Notes under the pieces: model-generated
Seen by the model: only the letters and a program-made list of their open reading frames with translations
Told to the model about the DNA's origin: nothing
Databases searched by the model: none
Shown: positions 35,889-47,028 of the stretch, one piece after another
Numbering within the stretch: position 1 is the stretch's first letter
Layout of the letters: the number at the start of each line of letters is the position of its first letter
Position numbers and translations under genes: made by a program
Assembly (NCBI RefSeq): GCF_036655075.1
Contig: NZ_JAVVQU010000002.1
Location: 94-64,093 of the forward strand
Source: Niameybacter sp.
GTDB taxonomy: Bacteria > Bacillota > Clostridia > Lachnospirales > Cellulosilyticaceae
DNA: 64,000 bases
Direction: 5' to 3'

Positions 35889-36818
35889 CTACTTCTGCAT
35901 GTTCCTTAAAAATATTCTTACTTGTTCAGTATCAGTAGCTATCTGGCGTGAAAGGGCTTCAATATTTTCAAACTTTCTTTCTGCACGAATAAATCGGTGG
36001 AAGGAAACTTCTATTTCCGCTCCGTACAAATCCCCTTCAAAATCCATAAGATGGGTCTCTATCATTTTCATACTCCCACCTACTGTTGGGTTATACCCTA
36101 CATTAGTTATACCCATATATTGATGATTATATACTTTTACTGTTGTTGCATAGACACCATTGGGCGGATGAATACGGTCAGGGTCTGCAATCATGTTTAA
36201 AGTTGGAAAACCTATCGTACGTCCAATCTTTCTACCATGAACCACTGTACCTACTACTGTATAAGGATGTCCCAAAAGTTCCTTGGATTCTTCCATCTTT
36301 CCTTCACTAATGAGCCTTCTAATATGGGTACTTGAAATCACTTCCCCTTCTATTTTAACAGTATCCACTACAATAATTTCTACATCATACTTTTCACCTA
36401 ATGCACGCATACAAGCCACATTTCCAGTTTTTCCTTTACCAAAGAAATAATTGCTGCCAATCACAATGGCATGAACATGAAGCTTATCTAACAGTACTTC
36501 TTTAAAAAACTGTTCTGGACTGATTGATGCAAACGCGTTATTAAAAGGATACTCGATAAATACATCCATTCCTTCTTCTTTAATCCTATGTTTGCGGTCT
36601 TGTCTAGACATAACAAGAGGCTTAGGTTGATTTCCTAATACCCATGTAGGATGTGGATAAAAGGAAAGTGCAACAGCTAAAAGATGTTTTTCTTTAGCTA
36701 ATCTTTTAGCTTCTTGCAAAAGTTTTTGATGACCTTTATGTACACCATCAAAGTTTCCTAATACAACCACACTTTCTTTTTCAAGTTCTAGTGTTGTTTC
36801 CCCACACTTGTATTGCAC
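35889..36818 (-). CDS. ribF: Bifunctional riboflavin kinase / FAD synthetase
   Basis: GNFDGVHKGHQ in the FAD synthetase part and PTLNM..GVY..NVG in the kinase part. GTG 36818 follows AAAGGAGGTG. Confidence 0.9.
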   Translation of the reverse strand: MQYKCGETTLELEKESVVVLGNFDGVHKGHQKLLQEAKRLAKEKHLLAVALSFYPHPTWVLGNQPKPLVMSRQDRKHRIKEEGMDVFIEYPFNNAFASISPEQFFKEVLLDKLHVHAIVIGSNYFFGKGKTGNVACMRALGEKYDVEIIVVDTVKIEGEVISSTHIRRLISEGKMEESKELLGHPYTVVGTVVHGRKIGRTIGFPTLNMIADPDRIHPPNGVYATTVKVYNHQYMGITNVGYNPTVGGSMKMIETHLMDFEGDLYGAEIEVSFHRFIRAERKFENIEALSRQIATDTEQVRIFLRNMQK

Positions 36819-36858
36819 AGTCCCACCTCCTTTTAGCACAAAGTGTGCTATAAAATCA

Positions 36859-37749
36859 TTACATAAAGTTTCTTTCCATCGTAAGTTGTTGTTTCTGTTT
36901 GTCTATTGTATATAGTCCGATAAACTTCTCGGCTTCATCGTAAACACGTACAAAAGCTACATCCTCTTCTGGTAAGGTATGCACTGCTTCAAAACGTACT
37001 GGATTGCCATTATAAAGTATTTTGTTATATGCTTCTTTAATCGTGACAGCTGGATACGTTTTAAACAGCTCTTCTATCGTATGCACATAAGGCGTTATAA
37101 TCTCCTTATAAGCTTCTAATTCCTTAAGGGTTATACTTTTGGAAAGTTCAAAATGCCCTACTCTTGTACGGAGCAAAGATTCCATATAAGCACCGCAGCC
37201 AAGCTTTCTTCCAATATCTGTGCAAAGGGTACGAATATAAGTTCCTTTAGAGCAGTCAACACGTATTTTAAAGGATGTTTCATCAATCCATTCTAAAAGT
37301 TCACATCCTAAAATAGTCACTTCTCGACTTGGACGATCTACTACAATACCTTTACGAGCTAATTCATAAAGGCGTACACCATTCACTTTAATGGCAGAGT
37401 ACATGGGTGGAATTTGGGTATATGCCCCTTCAAAGCTCTTTACCACTTCTAGTACTTGCTCTGGTGTTACATTCACAGGAAAAGTCTCTAAAATCTCACC
37501 CGATGCATCTTCCGTTGTGGTATATGCCCCAAGACGTACAACAGCTTCATAGCATTTATCTGCATCCGTTAAATAAGGCACAACCTTAGTTGCTTTTCCA
37601 ATGCAAAGAGGGAGTACCCCTTCTGCATCAGGGTCTAATGTTCCAGTATGCCCTATTTTACGCTCACGTAAAATACCACGTGCTTTGGCTACTACATCAT
37701 GAGAAGTAAAGCCCTTTTCTTTATAAATATTAATGATACCACTTAGCAT
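36859..37749 (-). CDS. truB: tRNA pseudouridine(55) synthase
   Basis: GIINIYKEKGFTSHDVV..GHTGTLDPDAEGVLP. Confidence 0.9.
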   Translation of the reverse strand: MLSGIINIYKEKGFTSHDVVAKARGILRERKIGHTGTLDPDAEGVLPLCIGKATKVVPYLTDADKCYEAVVRLGAYTTTEDASGEILETFPVNVTPEQVLEVVKSFEGAYTQIPPMYSAIKVNGVRLYELARKGIVVDRPSREVTILGCELLEWIDETSFKIRVDCSKGTYIRTLCTDIGRKLGCGAYMESLLRTRVGHFELSKSITLKELEAYKEIITPYVHTIEELFKTYPAVTIKEAYNKILYNGNPVRFEAVHTLPEEDVAFVRVYDEAEKFIGLYTIDKQKQQLTMERNFM

Positions 37750-37762
37750 AAACATCCTCTTT

Positions 37763-38716
37763 CTAGCTGTTTATCAATTCTTTCATTTTATCTTTAACTT
37801 GCTCAGTTACTTTGTCCAGTGTTCCAGTTAAAGTGGCTCCTGCCGCTAAAACATGTCCCCCACCACCCAATTGACTACAAAAGTTTGCCACATCATAAGG
37901 TGGGTTCGCACGCATGCTTAGCTTATAGTTGTTCTCACCTTTAGGGTAAATAAAAGCTATTACCTCTACCCCTTCAATGTTTTTCAAATAGCTTACAACA
38001 CCATCTAAGTCCTCTTTAGTCGCTCCACTGGCTTCAAATTCTTCTAAGCTCAACGTTGCTAAATATAATTCTTGTTCATGGACACTTTGCAAATGGCTTA
38101 CTGCCATACCTTGCAACTTAATGGTCGCTAGCGATTTTTCATGAATCAACTTACGATACAACGTCGATGCATCAAAATCTAGTGCCATTAACTTAGCGGC
38201 TGCTAAATGCGTGCTTGGTGCAGTACAATTATGCATAAATCCACCCGTGTCTGTTACAAGACCAGTGTAAAGAGCTTGTGCAAGTGCTATATTAAGTGGC
38301 ACTGCTAATACCTCTACAAGTTGATAAATTATTTCACAAGTTGATGATGCTTCTTTTTGCACATGATTATAGCTACCATAAAGAGTATTAGTCGTATGAT
38401 GGTCTATATTAATCGTTACACGTGCAGCTTTAAAGTAAGTGTCATACCCTACTAGTCGGTCTACATCCCCACAGTCTAACGCAATAAATGTATCCGCTGG
38501 TTCTTCTAAACATATTGCCCAATTACAAGTTTCTAATAAGTACTCAAACTTTCTAACGGGTTCTTCTAAAAGAATGGTATAGCGCTTACCAAGTAAAGCA
38601 CAAATTTGCCCCATAGCCACCATAGCCCCGATGGCATCACCATCGGGGTTTATATGTGCACTTATGGTGAGATGGGTGGCCGTATTAATCGCTTCGATAA
38701 TTTGACCAAATTTCAT
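37763..38716 (-). CDS. nrnA: DHH/DHHA1 phosphoesterase (NrnA-type oligoribonuclease / pAp phosphatase)
   Basis: HINPDGDAIGA, DHH (IDHHTT) and GGGH motifs. Confidence 0.8.
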   Translation of the reverse strand: MKFGQIIEAINTATHLTISAHINPDGDAIGAMVAMGQICALLGKRYTILLEEPVRKFEYLLETCNWAICLEEPADTFIALDCGDVDRLVGYDTYFKAARVTINIDHHTTNTLYGSYNHVQKEASSTCEIIYQLVEVLAVPLNIALAQALYTGLVTDTGGFMHNCTAPSTHLAAAKLMALDFDASTLYRKLIHEKSLATIKLQGMAVSHLQSVHEQELYLATLSLEEFEASGATKEDLDGVVSYLKNIEGVEVIAFIYPKGENNYKLSMRANPPYDVANFCSQLGGGGHVLAAGATLTGTLDKVTEQVKDKMKELINS

Positions 38717-38717
38717 C

Positions 38718-39071
38718 TTAGTTATGACCCTTTACAGCTTCTTCAATCAGCTTAGACATTTTCATACCATAAGCAATTGTCTCATCTAATTTAAAAATAA
38801 GCTGTGGGGTAGCACGTAAATTAATACGTCTTGCAATTTCTTTACGAAGGAATCCTCCCGCTGCTGTAAGTCCAGCGATGGCTTCTTCTTTCTTATCTTC
38901 TTGTAATACACTAATAAACACTTTAGCATATTTCAAGTCATTCGTTGTTTCTACATCCATAACAGAAACCATAGCTCCAGATACACGAGGATCTTTAATT
39001 TCTGTACGTACAAGTTCTGAAAGTTCTTTGCGAATTGCTTCGTTTATCTTGATGATACGTTGACTAGCCAT
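38718..39071 (-). CDS. rbfA: Ribosome-binding factor A
   Basis: 117 aa. RIIKINEAIRKELSELV..DPRV. It lies downstream of infB. Confidence 0.9.
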   Translation of the reverse strand: MASQRIIKINEAIRKELSELVRTEIKDPRVSGAMVSVMDVETTNDLKYAKVFISVLQEDKKEEAIAGLTAAGGFLRKEIARRINLRATPQLIFKLDETIAYGMKMSKLIEEAVKGHN

Positions 39072-39086
39072 TTATCTATACACTTC

Positions 39087-41294
39087 CTATCTTGGGATCT
39101 CTTCCATGATGAAGGCTTCAGCAATGTCACCTTCTTTAATATCATTGAAGCGTTCAAACATAAGACCACATTCGTAATTTGTATTTACTTCTTTTACGTC
39201 ATCTTTGAAACGTTTAAGAGATGCAAGCTTACCTTCATATACAACAATACTGTCACGAACGATACGGATACCACTATGGCGCGCTACTTTACCATCTAAT
39301 ACATAACCACCTGCAACTGTACCTACTCCAGATACTTTGAAAGTTTGACGAATTTCAATGTGTCCTGTTACTTTTTCAACGAATTCTGGGTCTAACATAC
39401 CTTTCATCGCAGCTTTAATATCTTCAATGGCATTGTAGATAACGCGGTATAGACGAATATCAATTTCTTCACGGTCTGCTATTGCTTTTGTTGCAGTATC
39501 AGGTCTTACATTGAAACCGATAATGATAGCACCTGATGCAGATGCAAGCATTAAGTCAGACTCTGTGATCGCACCTACTGCACCATGGATGATGCGAATA
39601 CGTACATCTTCATTTGAAAGACGTTCTAAACTTTGTTTAACCGCTTCTACAGAACCTTGTACGTCTGCTTTAACGATTATGTTAAGCTCTTTCATTTGAC
39701 CTTCTTGAATTTGGTTGTAAAGATCATCTAAAGATACTTTTTGTTGTGATTGGCCAAGAATTTGTAATCTGCCTTGTGCTTTTACTTTATCAGCAGCTTG
39801 ACGAGCTTGTTTGTCACTATTTGCCACGTAGAACATATCCCCAGCAATTGGCACTTCTGAAAGACCTAAAATTTCTACTGGTGTAGATGGACCTGCTTTT
39901 TTCACTTGACGGCCTTTATCATCTACCATCGCACGGATACGGCCATAAGCAGTACCTGCTACAATTGGATCTCCTACTTTAAGCATACCACGTTGTACAA
40001 GTACAGTTGCAACTGGTCCACGGCCTTTATCAAGTTGAGCTTCAATGATAGTACCACGTGCTTTACAGTTAGGATTTGCTTTATAGTTGTTCATTTCTGC
40101 AACTAAAAGAACCATTTCAAGTAAGTTTTCTAAACCTTCACCTTTAAGTGCTGATACAGGTACACAAATTGTTTCCCCACCCCAGTCTTCTACTAAAAGA
40201 CCTTGATCAGCTAACTCTTGTTTAACACGGTCCGGATTCGCACCTGGTTTATCCATTTTGTTAACTGCTACAATGATTTCGATGCCTGCAGCACGTGCAT
40301 GGTTAATCGCTTCAATTGTTTGAGGCATAACCCCATCATCCGCTGCTACTACTAAAATAGCGATATCTGTTACTTGAGCACCACGCATACGCATTGCTGT
40401 GAAAGCCTCATGTCCTGGTGTATCAAGGAAAGTGATCTTTTTGCCATTTAATGTAACTGTTGAAGCACCAATATGTTGTGTAATACCACCAGCTTCTCTT
40501 GTTGTTACATGTGTTGAACGAATTGCATCAAGAAGTGATGTTTTACCATGGTCAACGTGTCCCATTACTACCACAACTGGAGATCTTGATTCTAACTCTT
40601 CTTCTCTATCTTCAACTTCTTTGAAGATTTCTTCAAGTAAGTCTTTTTCTTCTTCTTGTTCAACGATGATATCGAATTCTTCAGCTACTTGAGCAGCCAT
40701 TTCAAAATCAATTTCTTGGTTGATTGTAGCCATTGTACCTTTTTTCATAAGGTGTTTGATAATCTCAATTGCTGGCATATCTAATTTTTCTGCAAAATCA
40801 CGAATACTAATACTTGCAGGGATTTCAATTACTTTAATTTCATCATTTACATTTTTTGTGTTTTCATTGTCAAATTTTTGTTGTCCCATATTTCCTGCCT
40901 TTTCTACCTTTTTATTTTTATTTTTCTTCTTATTCTTGCCTTTAGTAGATTTCACTTGATGTGTTAAATCAGGTCTACTATACGTTTTATTGGTTTGTGG
41001 GGTTGTTTGCTGCTTAGATGGTGATGTTGGCATGTTTTCTTGTATTGTTTCAACTTTTTTAGCCGTTTCAAGTTTAGATAATGTAGGTGTAGGTAGCTTA
41101 ATGACTTTGTTAACATCAACTTCTTTATCTTTAGTTTCTTGCTTGTAGTATTCCATGATTAGATTCACTTCATTCTCTTGCAAAGAACTCATATGGCTAT
41201 GTACATCAAAACCATATTGTTTTAATTGATCAAGGATTTCCTTTGTACTCTTGTTAAGTTGTTTCGCAATTTCATAGACTCTCACTTTTGACAT
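39087..41294 (-). CDS. infB: Translation initiation factor IF-2
   Basis: [13 protein letters not shown] and the G-domain [21 protein letters not shown]. Confidence 0.95.
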   Translation of the reverse strand: MSKVRVYEIAKQLNKSTKEILDQLKQYGFDVHSHMSSLQENEVNLIMEYYKQETKDKEVDVNKVIKLPTPTLSKLETAKKVETIQENMPTSPSKQQTTPQTNKTYSRPDLTHQVKSTKGKNKKKNKNKKVEKAGNMGQQKFDNENTKNVNDEIKVIEIPASISIRDFAEKLDMPAIEIIKHLMKKGTMATINQEIDFEMAAQVAEEFDIIVEQEEEKDLLEEIFKEVEDREEELESRSPVVVVMGHVDHGKTSLLDAIRSTHVTTREAGGITQHIGASTVTLNGKKITFLDTPGHEAFTAMRMRGAQVTDIAILVVAADDGVMPQTIEAINHARAAGIEIIVAVNKMDKPGANPDRVKQELADQGLLVEDWGGETICVPVSALKGEGLENLLEMVLLVAEMNNYKANPNCKARGTIIEAQLDKGRGPVATVLVQRGMLKVGDPIVAGTAYGRIRAMVDDKGRQVKKAGPSTPVEILGLSEVPIAGDMFYVANSDKQARQAADKVKAQGRLQILGQSQQKVSLDDLYNQIQEGQMKELNIIVKADVQGSVEAVKQSLERLSNEDVRIRIIHGAVGAITESDLMLASASGAIIIGFNVRPDTATKAIADREEIDIRLYRVIYNAIEDIKAAMKGMLDPEFVEKVTGHIEIRQTFKVSGVGTVAGGYVLDGKVARHSGIRIVRDSIVVYEGKLASLKRFKDDVKEVNTNYECGLMFERFNDIKEGDIAEAFIMEEIPR

Positions 41295-41321
41295 GAATCC
41301 ACCTCCATAAACAATTACGTT

Positions 41322-41648
41322 TTATCCATCACTTTTTATCATGTCAGTTATCTTCTCCGCCAATTTTTCGTCTTTTATTCCAATAACCACTCGGGTTTCT
41401 TTTCCAAGCATTCTACCTAGTTCATTACGATCGCCCCATACAAAATAGGGAATCGCACGATAGCTACATTTGTCACTAAATAATTTTAGCGTATTTTTTG
41501 AAGCATCTTCTGTTACAATAACCAGCTTAACTTGTTCACTCATTACCGCTTGCTTCACTGCAAACTCACCTGATATAAGCTGTCTTGCTTTTTGACACAG
41601 ACCAATTAATTGATAAATTCTTTGATTATTCATTTGCTTCAAACTCAC
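41322..41648 (-). CDS. ylxQ: L7Ae-family RNA-binding protein YlxQ
   Basis: 108 aa. GLCQKARQLISGEFAV. It lies between ylxR and infB. The start is uncertain (41648 GTG or 41633 ATG). Confidence 0.8.
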   Translation of the reverse strand: MSLKQMNNQRIYQLIGLCQKARQLISGEFAVKQAVMSEQVKLVIVTEDASKNTLKLFSDKCSYRAIPYFVWGDRNELGRMLGKETRVVIGIKDEKLAEKITDMIKSDG

Positions 41649-41898
41649 TTTTTAGTTGATTATAAATTTGCTTATCAACGCTCATTTTATAAGAGCGTTC
41701 AAGCCCTTTATTTTTCTCAGCTTGGGTGAGACAATTGATGTTTTTACAGATGTATGCCCCTCTTCCTGGCTTTTTACCTGTAAAATCAAGTGAAAAGTTT
41801 CCTTCACTGTCTCTGACAATACGTATCATTTCACGTTTATCTTTCATTTCACCGCAACCTGTGCACTTACGTAAAGGAATTTTTTTCGCTTTCATCAT
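41626..41898 (-). CDS. ylxR: YlxR/DUF448 RNA-binding protein
   Basis: PLRKCTGCGEMK..RIV..GRGAYIC. Confidence 0.85.
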   Translation of the reverse strand: MMKAKKIPLRKCTGCGEMKDKREMIRIVRDSEGNFSLDFTGKKPGRGAYICKNINCLTQAEKNKGLERSYKMSVDKQIYNQLKSEFEANE

Positions 41899-43037
41899 TA
41901 GATCTCTTCACCCTCACTTGGTTCTGGTTGGCTTTTAATATCTATTTTCCAGCCTGTTAACTTCGCTGCAAGACGAACATTTTGTCCACCTTTACCAATA
42001 GCTAAAGTCAAGATGTTTTCTGGCACAATAACTTTTGCACTTCTTTCTACACCACGCTCTGTTTCTGTCTCTTCTAAAGCAACTTCTAACACTTTAGCTG
42101 GACTAAGTGCAGCTTCGATAAACTCTTTTGGTTCTTCACTCCAACGTACAACGTCAATTTTCTCACCGTTTAACTCTTCTACCACTAAGCTAATACGTTT
42201 ACCTTTTTCACCAACACATGCACCAACTGGGTCAACAGCTGGATCATTTGAGTGTACAGCGATTTTTGTACGAGAGCCTGCTTCTCTTGCAATACTTTTA
42301 ATGACAACAACGCCTTCTTTAATCTCTACAACTTCTTGTTCGAAAAGACGTTTTACAAGATCTGGATGTGTACGAGATACACCAACCTGTGGGCCACCTT
42401 TTTGTTTAGCATCTGGACGTTGTTCGTTTTTATTGAAGTCTTTTACATTAAGCAATAAGAAAGCTTTTTGTGGAAGGCCTTCTTGTTCACCCATAATACC
42501 TTCAAAAGTCTCATTTGGCATTGCTTCTGTAAGTGGAAGAGATGCTTCAGCATGTTCAAGTTGTACGATAAAACCATTTTTATCTTTTCTTAACACTTGG
42601 CCTTTTACTAAGTCATTCAGCTTCACGCTGTATTCGTTAAATACCATTTCACGTTCAGCTTCTTTGATTTTTTGAATAACAACTTGTTTTGCATTTTGAG
42701 CTGCAATACGTCCGAAGTTTCTTGGTGTAATCTCTACGTCTACAACGTCATCTACACTAATAACAGGATTAATCTTTTTCGCTTCAGATACACCAATTTC
42801 AGCAATATCTACTATTATTCCTTCATCTTCCACTACTTTTTTAACAGAGTAAACTTTTACATCCCCTGTTTCTTCATTAATATCCACGCGAATAATAGGT
42901 TTAATAGCGCCTACGTTGCCAAAATGCTTTTTACAAGCTGCTTCGATGGATTGACGGATCGCATCAAATAATCTCTCTCTATTAATTCCTTTTGACTTAG
43001 CAATTTGGTCAATTGCTAACATAAAATCTTGATTCAT
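41898..43037 (-). CDS. nusA: Transcription termination/antitermination factor NusA
   Basis: An S1 domain and two KH domains (GACVGEKGKRI, AIGKGGQNVRLAAKLTGWKIDI). Confidence 0.95.
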   Translation of the reverse strand: MNQDFMLAIDQIAKSKGINRERLFDAIRQSIEAACKKHFGNVGAIKPIIRVDINEETGDVKVYSVKKVVEDEGIIVDIAEIGVSEAKKINPVISVDDVVDVEITPRNFGRIAAQNAKQVVIQKIKEAEREMVFNEYSVKLNDLVKGQVLRKDKNGFIVQLEHAEASLPLTEAMPNETFEGIMGEQEGLPQKAFLLLNVKDFNKNEQRPDAKQKGGPQVGVSRTHPDLVKRLFEQEVVEIKEGVVVIKSIAREAGSRTKIAVHSNDPAVDPVGACVGEKGKRISLVVEELNGEKIDVVRWSEEPKEFIEAALSPAKVLEVALEETETERGVERSAKVIVPENILTLAIGKGGQNVRLAAKLTGWKIDIKSQPEPSEGEEI

Positions 43038-43062
43038 GGTAATCCTCCTCTAATGCCCTACT

Positions 43063-43527
43063 TTAAAATAAAATAGCCAATCTTACACTGACTACATTCT
43101 TCATTGGAATTTCAATTGTTTCCCCATCTTCGTCACAAATGGTAAGTGTTTCTTCTGTTTTATTAATAAGTTCACCTTGAAGGCTTTTTTGTTTATTAAT
43201 AGGTGTATAAAGCTTTACATCCACGACTTCTTCTTTGAAACGTTCGAAGTCTTCTGCTTTCTTAATGATGCGGTCAAGACCTGGTGAGCTTACTTCTAAC
43301 ATATAAGCTGGCTCAATAGTATTTTTTTCATCTAATATAGCTTCAATAGCACGACTTGTTAGGCGACAATCTTCAATATTTACGCCACCTTCTTTATCAA
43401 TGTAAATACGAAGATAATAGGAAGGTCCTTCTTTTACGAACTCTACATCTACAAGTTCATAATTGAAGTCTGCAAGAATTGGCTCAAGATAAGTAGTCAC
43501 TTCATCTACTATTTGTTTTTTGTTCAT
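43063..43527 (-). CDS. rimP: Ribosome maturation factor RimP
   Basis: FNYELVDVEFVKEGPSYYLRIYIDK..SSPGLDR. A GAGAGGA RBS precedes ATG 43527. Confidence 0.9.
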   Translation of the reverse strand: MNKKQIVDEVTTYLEPILADFNYELVDVEFVKEGPSYYLRIYIDKEGGVNIEDCRLTSRAIEAILDEKNTIEPAYMLEVSSPGLDRIIKKAEDFERFKEEVVDVKLYTPINKQKSLQGELINKTEETLTICDEDGETIEIPMKNVVSVRLAILF

Positions 43528-43685
43528 ACTAATCATCCTCTCATACAAATAGTTTGACTTATTCTGGGTGAACTATTCATTTTGTTAAGAAAAGTTTACC
43601 CAAGCATATAGAAAGAGTGGGCGATTAACCCACTCTTTCACGTCACAATAATATATACTACAAAAAGTATAACCTCTTTTTATGT

Positions 43686-43718
43686 AAAAATCAAGACTCT
43701 ATTCAAAATAAAGTCTTG
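43686..43718 (-). terminator. Terminator after ispG
   Basis: On the minus strand, CAAGACT-13 nt-AGTCTTG followed by ATTTTT. Confidence 0.5.
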
Positions 43719-43753
43719 TATAAAAACACTGAAGTCTTTACTCTTTACAGGTG

Positions 43754-44809
43754 TTATAGCAATTCTTCAAGTTCTTGCATAAAGGTTTCAATTAATACAT
43801 CTTCTGGAACTTTACGGATAATTTGACCCTTTTTGAAGATGAGTCCTTCTCCTTTACCCCCTGCAATACCAATGTCTGCTTCTCTTGCTTCTCCCGGCCC
43901 ATTGACTACACACCCCATGACTGCAATACGCAATGGTTTTTTGATATGTGCAGTACGTTTTTCTACTTCAGTAGCCAGACCAATTAAGTCTACATTGGTA
44001 CGTCCGCATGTTGGACAAGAGATGATTTCTACACCAAAATTACGAAGCTCTAGAGATTGTAACACTGTTTTTGCACAAGTAATTTCCTCTATTGGATCAT
44101 CCGATAAAGAGACACGTATTGTATCACCTATACCACGAGATAAAATAGCCCCTAGTCCAACAGATGATTTGACAGTCCCTTTATATAAAGTTCCTGACTC
44201 TGTAATCCCTACATGTAAAGGATATTTATAATGGGCTGCAAATAAATTATAAGCTTCAATCGCTAATGGAACTGTGGATGCTTTTAAAGAGACTACAATA
44301 TCTTGGAAATTCATCTCTTCTAAAATATCAATATGCTTCTTGGCACTTTCCACCATGGCTTCTGCACACACCTTACCGTATTGCTCAAGCAAACTTTTTT
44401 CTACTGAACCTGAATTTACCCCAATACGGATAGGAATGTGATATGCCTTAGCTTTTTCTACTACTATTCTTACTTTTTCCTCATCTCCAATATTACCCGG
44501 ATTAATGCGCAATTTATGAATACCATTTTCCATAGCCATAAGTGCTAAGCGATAATCAAAATGAATATCTGCTACAAGTGGAATATGAATACGTTTTACA
44601 ATTTGTTCGATACTTTTTGCTGCTACTTCATCCGGAACAGCCACACGTACAATTTCACAGCCCGCCTCTTCTAATCTAAGAATTTGATTTACTGTAGCCT
44701 CTACATCATGAGTCTTAGTATTGGTCATTGACTGAATGGCCACAGGTGCACCACCACCCACAAGTACGTTACCTATTTTAATTTGTCTTGTCTGTTCTCT
44801 TGTATACAT
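43754..44809 (-). CDS. ispG: 4-hydroxy-3-methylbut-2-en-1-yl diphosphate synthase
   Basis: [25 protein letters not shown] and GCVVNGPGE. Confidence 0.95.
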   Translation of the reverse strand: MYTREQTRQIKIGNVLVGGGAPVAIQSMTNTKTHDVEATVNQILRLEEAGCEIVRVAVPDEVAAKSIEQIVKRIHIPLVADIHFDYRLALMAMENGIHKLRINPGNIGDEEKVRIVVEKAKAYHIPIRIGVNSGSVEKSLLEQYGKVCAEAMVESAKKHIDILEEMNFQDIVVSLKASTVPLAIEAYNLFAAHYKYPLHVGITESGTLYKGTVKSSVGLGAILSRGIGDTIRVSLSDDPIEEITCAKTVLQSLELRNFGVEIISCPTCGRTNVDLIGLATEVEKRTAHIKKPLRIAVMGCVVNGPGEAREADIGIAGGKGEGLIFKKGQIIRKVPEDVLIETFMQELEELL

Positions 44810-45837
44810 TATCCAAACACCCTTCTTAAGTCATTAAAGAGTACGAATACCATAAGCACCATCAAGAGAATAAAGCCAATAGTATGCACCATATTCTCTT
44901 TTTCTGGATCTACAGGTTTACGTCTAATCATTTCTATGATGCTAAACACAATACGTCCACCGTCTAAGGCCGGCAAAGGTAATAAGTTAAATACTGCCAA
45001 GTTTGCAGAAAGAATACCTGCTAGTTGTACAAGTGTCATAACTGCAGTCATCAAACTCTGCTTCATGCCTTCATTCCACATTTCTGAGCTAATCTGTACA
45101 ACACCTACTATACCTGCTAAATCTTGTACAGGCACTTCGCCTGTAATAAGCATGACAAAAGTTTGAGCAATCTGTACCACTACCATCACACTATCTCTTA
45201 AGCCACCCCATACAATTTCTGTAAACGTAGCAGGTGCTTTACCTGGTCTAAAGCCATACATATAGCGTCCCGATTCAACCTCTTTAGGTTCAATATTTAA
45301 AGTGCGTACTTGTTTATTGGCATCCACCACTTGGAAAGTATGGGCGTCTTTAGCTATCCCTAGCTGCTCCTTAATTTCTGCAAAGTTTTTAGTAGGTGTA
45401 CCGTTGATTGATACAATAGTCTCACCGACTTGAATGCCTGCTTGATGTACAGGTGAATTGGGTTCAATAAAAGAAACCGTATTACTTGCTGTTCCAGCAT
45501 AACCAATAATCGTTGCAAAGATTACCCAAGCAAGTAAAAAGTTCATTACTGCTCCAGCAATAAAAATAATAAATTTTTGCCAAGGCTTTTTATTCATCAT
45601 GGAGTCTTCCTCGTAGGAATCCCCACCTTCACCTTCTATAGCACAAAATCCCCCTAAAGGTAATGCTCGTATAGAATAGAGTGTGTCACCACGTTGAATG
45701 CCAAATAATTTAGGGCCCATCCCTATGGCAAATTCATTTACACGTACTTTGAAAAAACGCGCTGCTAAAAAGTGCCCTAATTCATGGATTAAAACAATAA
45801 GGGCAAACATTAACACAATCATAATGATTTTGCTCAC
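44809..45837 (-). CDS. rseP: RIP (site-2) zinc metalloprotease RseP/RasP
   Basis: [12 protein letters not shown], a PDZ segment and [11 protein letters not shown]. Confidence 0.9.
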   Translation of the reverse strand: MSKIIMIVLMFALIVLIHELGHFLAARFFKVRVNEFAIGMGPKLFGIQRGDTLYSIRALPLGGFCAIEGEGGDSYEEDSMMNKKPWQKFIIFIAGAVMNFLLAWVIFATIIGYAGTASNTVSFIEPNSPVHQAGIQVGETIVSINGTPTKNFAEIKEQLGIAKDAHTFQVVDANKQVRTLNIEPKEVESGRYMYGFRPGKAPATFTEIVWGGLRDSVMVVVQIAQTFVMLITGEVPVQDLAGIVGVVQISSEMWNEGMKQSLMTAVMTLVQLAGILSANLAVFNLLPLPALDGGRIVFSIIEMIRRKPVDPEKENMVHTIGFILLMVLMVFVLFNDLRRVFG

Positions 45838-46997
45838 TGTTTTTGTACCTCCTGTCTACTCATTACTCTCGCCCATTCATCTATCCCTATAATTTCATCA
45901 AGGCTTGGTCTATTTATACATATGTGCTTTGCCATAACTTCATGAATAATACTTGGAATTTGTAAAAAGTTAATTTGCTTCTTTAAAAAAGCATCTACTG
46001 CTACTTCATTCGCAGCATTGAGTACGGCTGGCATAGTCCCCCCAACGACCAACGCATCATAGGCAAGCCCTAAACATGGGAATAAATCTTTTTTAGGTGG
46101 ATCAAAGGTAAGCTTAGATAATTTTGCAAAGTCCAGTGGATGCACACAAGGAGTTGGTTTACGCTCTGGATAGTAAAGGGCATAAGCAATAGGATGCATC
46201 ATATTAGGCAGCCCCATTTGAGCCATTGTAGAACCATCTTTGTATTCCACCATAGAATGGATAATACTTTCACGATGGACAATCACATCTATTTGCTCAG
46301 GTGTTACATCAAATAAATGTTTAGCCTCTATGACCTCTAATCCTTTATTCATTAAACTAGCAGAATCAATCGTAATTTTACTTCCCATACTCCAGTTCGG
46401 ATGCTTCAAAGCAGCTTCTACTGTCACATCTTGGAGCATCTCTTGGGTATAGTCTCTAAAAGGACCACCTGAAGCTGTTAAAATAAGTTTTGAAACGGCA
46501 TGGTGCTCATTCCCGCGTAAACATTGAAAAATAGCACTATGCTCACTATCTACAGGTAAAATGGATACCCCATAGTCTCTAGCCGCTCCCATTACTAATT
46601 CGCCTGCTGTAACAAGGGTTTCCTTATTTGCTAAGGCAATAGTCTTGCCCTTTTTAATAGCCTCTATCGTTGGAATAAGCCCAATCATGCCGACGACAGC
46701 TGTCAATATACTATCGGCTTCATCCATCGTTGCCACAGCAATAAGCCCTTCCAGCCCTGATACTACTTCAACCAGTAGCCCCTGTGCTTGTACACGATTT
46801 TTAAGTTCTGAAGCTTTCTTTTCATCCATAACACAGACCAACCTTGGATGAAACATATTAATTTGCTGTTCTAACAAATTAATATTTCGATGTGCGCTAA
46901 GACCTACGATCTCTAAAGAAGGATCACTGGCAACTACTTCAAGTGTTTGTGTGCCTATAGAACCAGTAGAACCTAAAAGTGCAATTTTCTTTATCAT
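45834..46997 (-). CDS. dxr: 1-deoxy-D-xylulose 5-phosphate reductoisomerase
   Basis: LLGSTGSIGTQTL, LANKE, DSEHSA and HPNWSMG. Confidence 0.95.
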   Translation of the reverse strand: MIKKIALLGSTGSIGTQTLEVVASDPSLEIVGLSAHRNINLLEQQINMFHPRLVCVMDEKKASELKNRVQAQGLLVEVVSGLEGLIAVATMDEADSILTAVVGMIGLIPTIEAIKKGKTIALANKETLVTAGELVMGAARDYGVSILPVDSEHSAIFQCLRGNEHHAVSKLILTASGGPFRDYTQEMLQDVTVEAALKHPNWSMGSKITIDSASLMNKGLEVIEAKHLFDVTPEQIDVIVHRESIIHSMVEYKDGSTMAQMGLPNMMHPIAYALYYPERKPTPCVHPLDFAKLSKLTFDPPKKDLFPCLGLAYDALVVGGTMPAVLNAANEVAVDAFLKKQINFLQIPSIIHEVMAKHICINRPSLDEIIGIDEWARVMSRQEVQKQ

Positions 46998-47028
46998 ATC
47001 TTGATTAACTCCTCTTCTATATTGCCCG

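Noticed and set aside
42013-42675. 220-aa plus-strand ORF, and many other 60-160-aa ORFs in the track such as 25003..25482, 25128..25559, 22493..22858, 43833..44231, 44783..45166, 33783..34130 and 40399..40692.
   Set aside because: All lie antisense to or out of frame inside strongly supported genes (nusA, the molybdoenzyme, ispG, rseP, pnp, infB). Their composition is low-complexity Ser/Thr/Phe/Leu-rich, as expected for shadow frames, and they lack an RBS.
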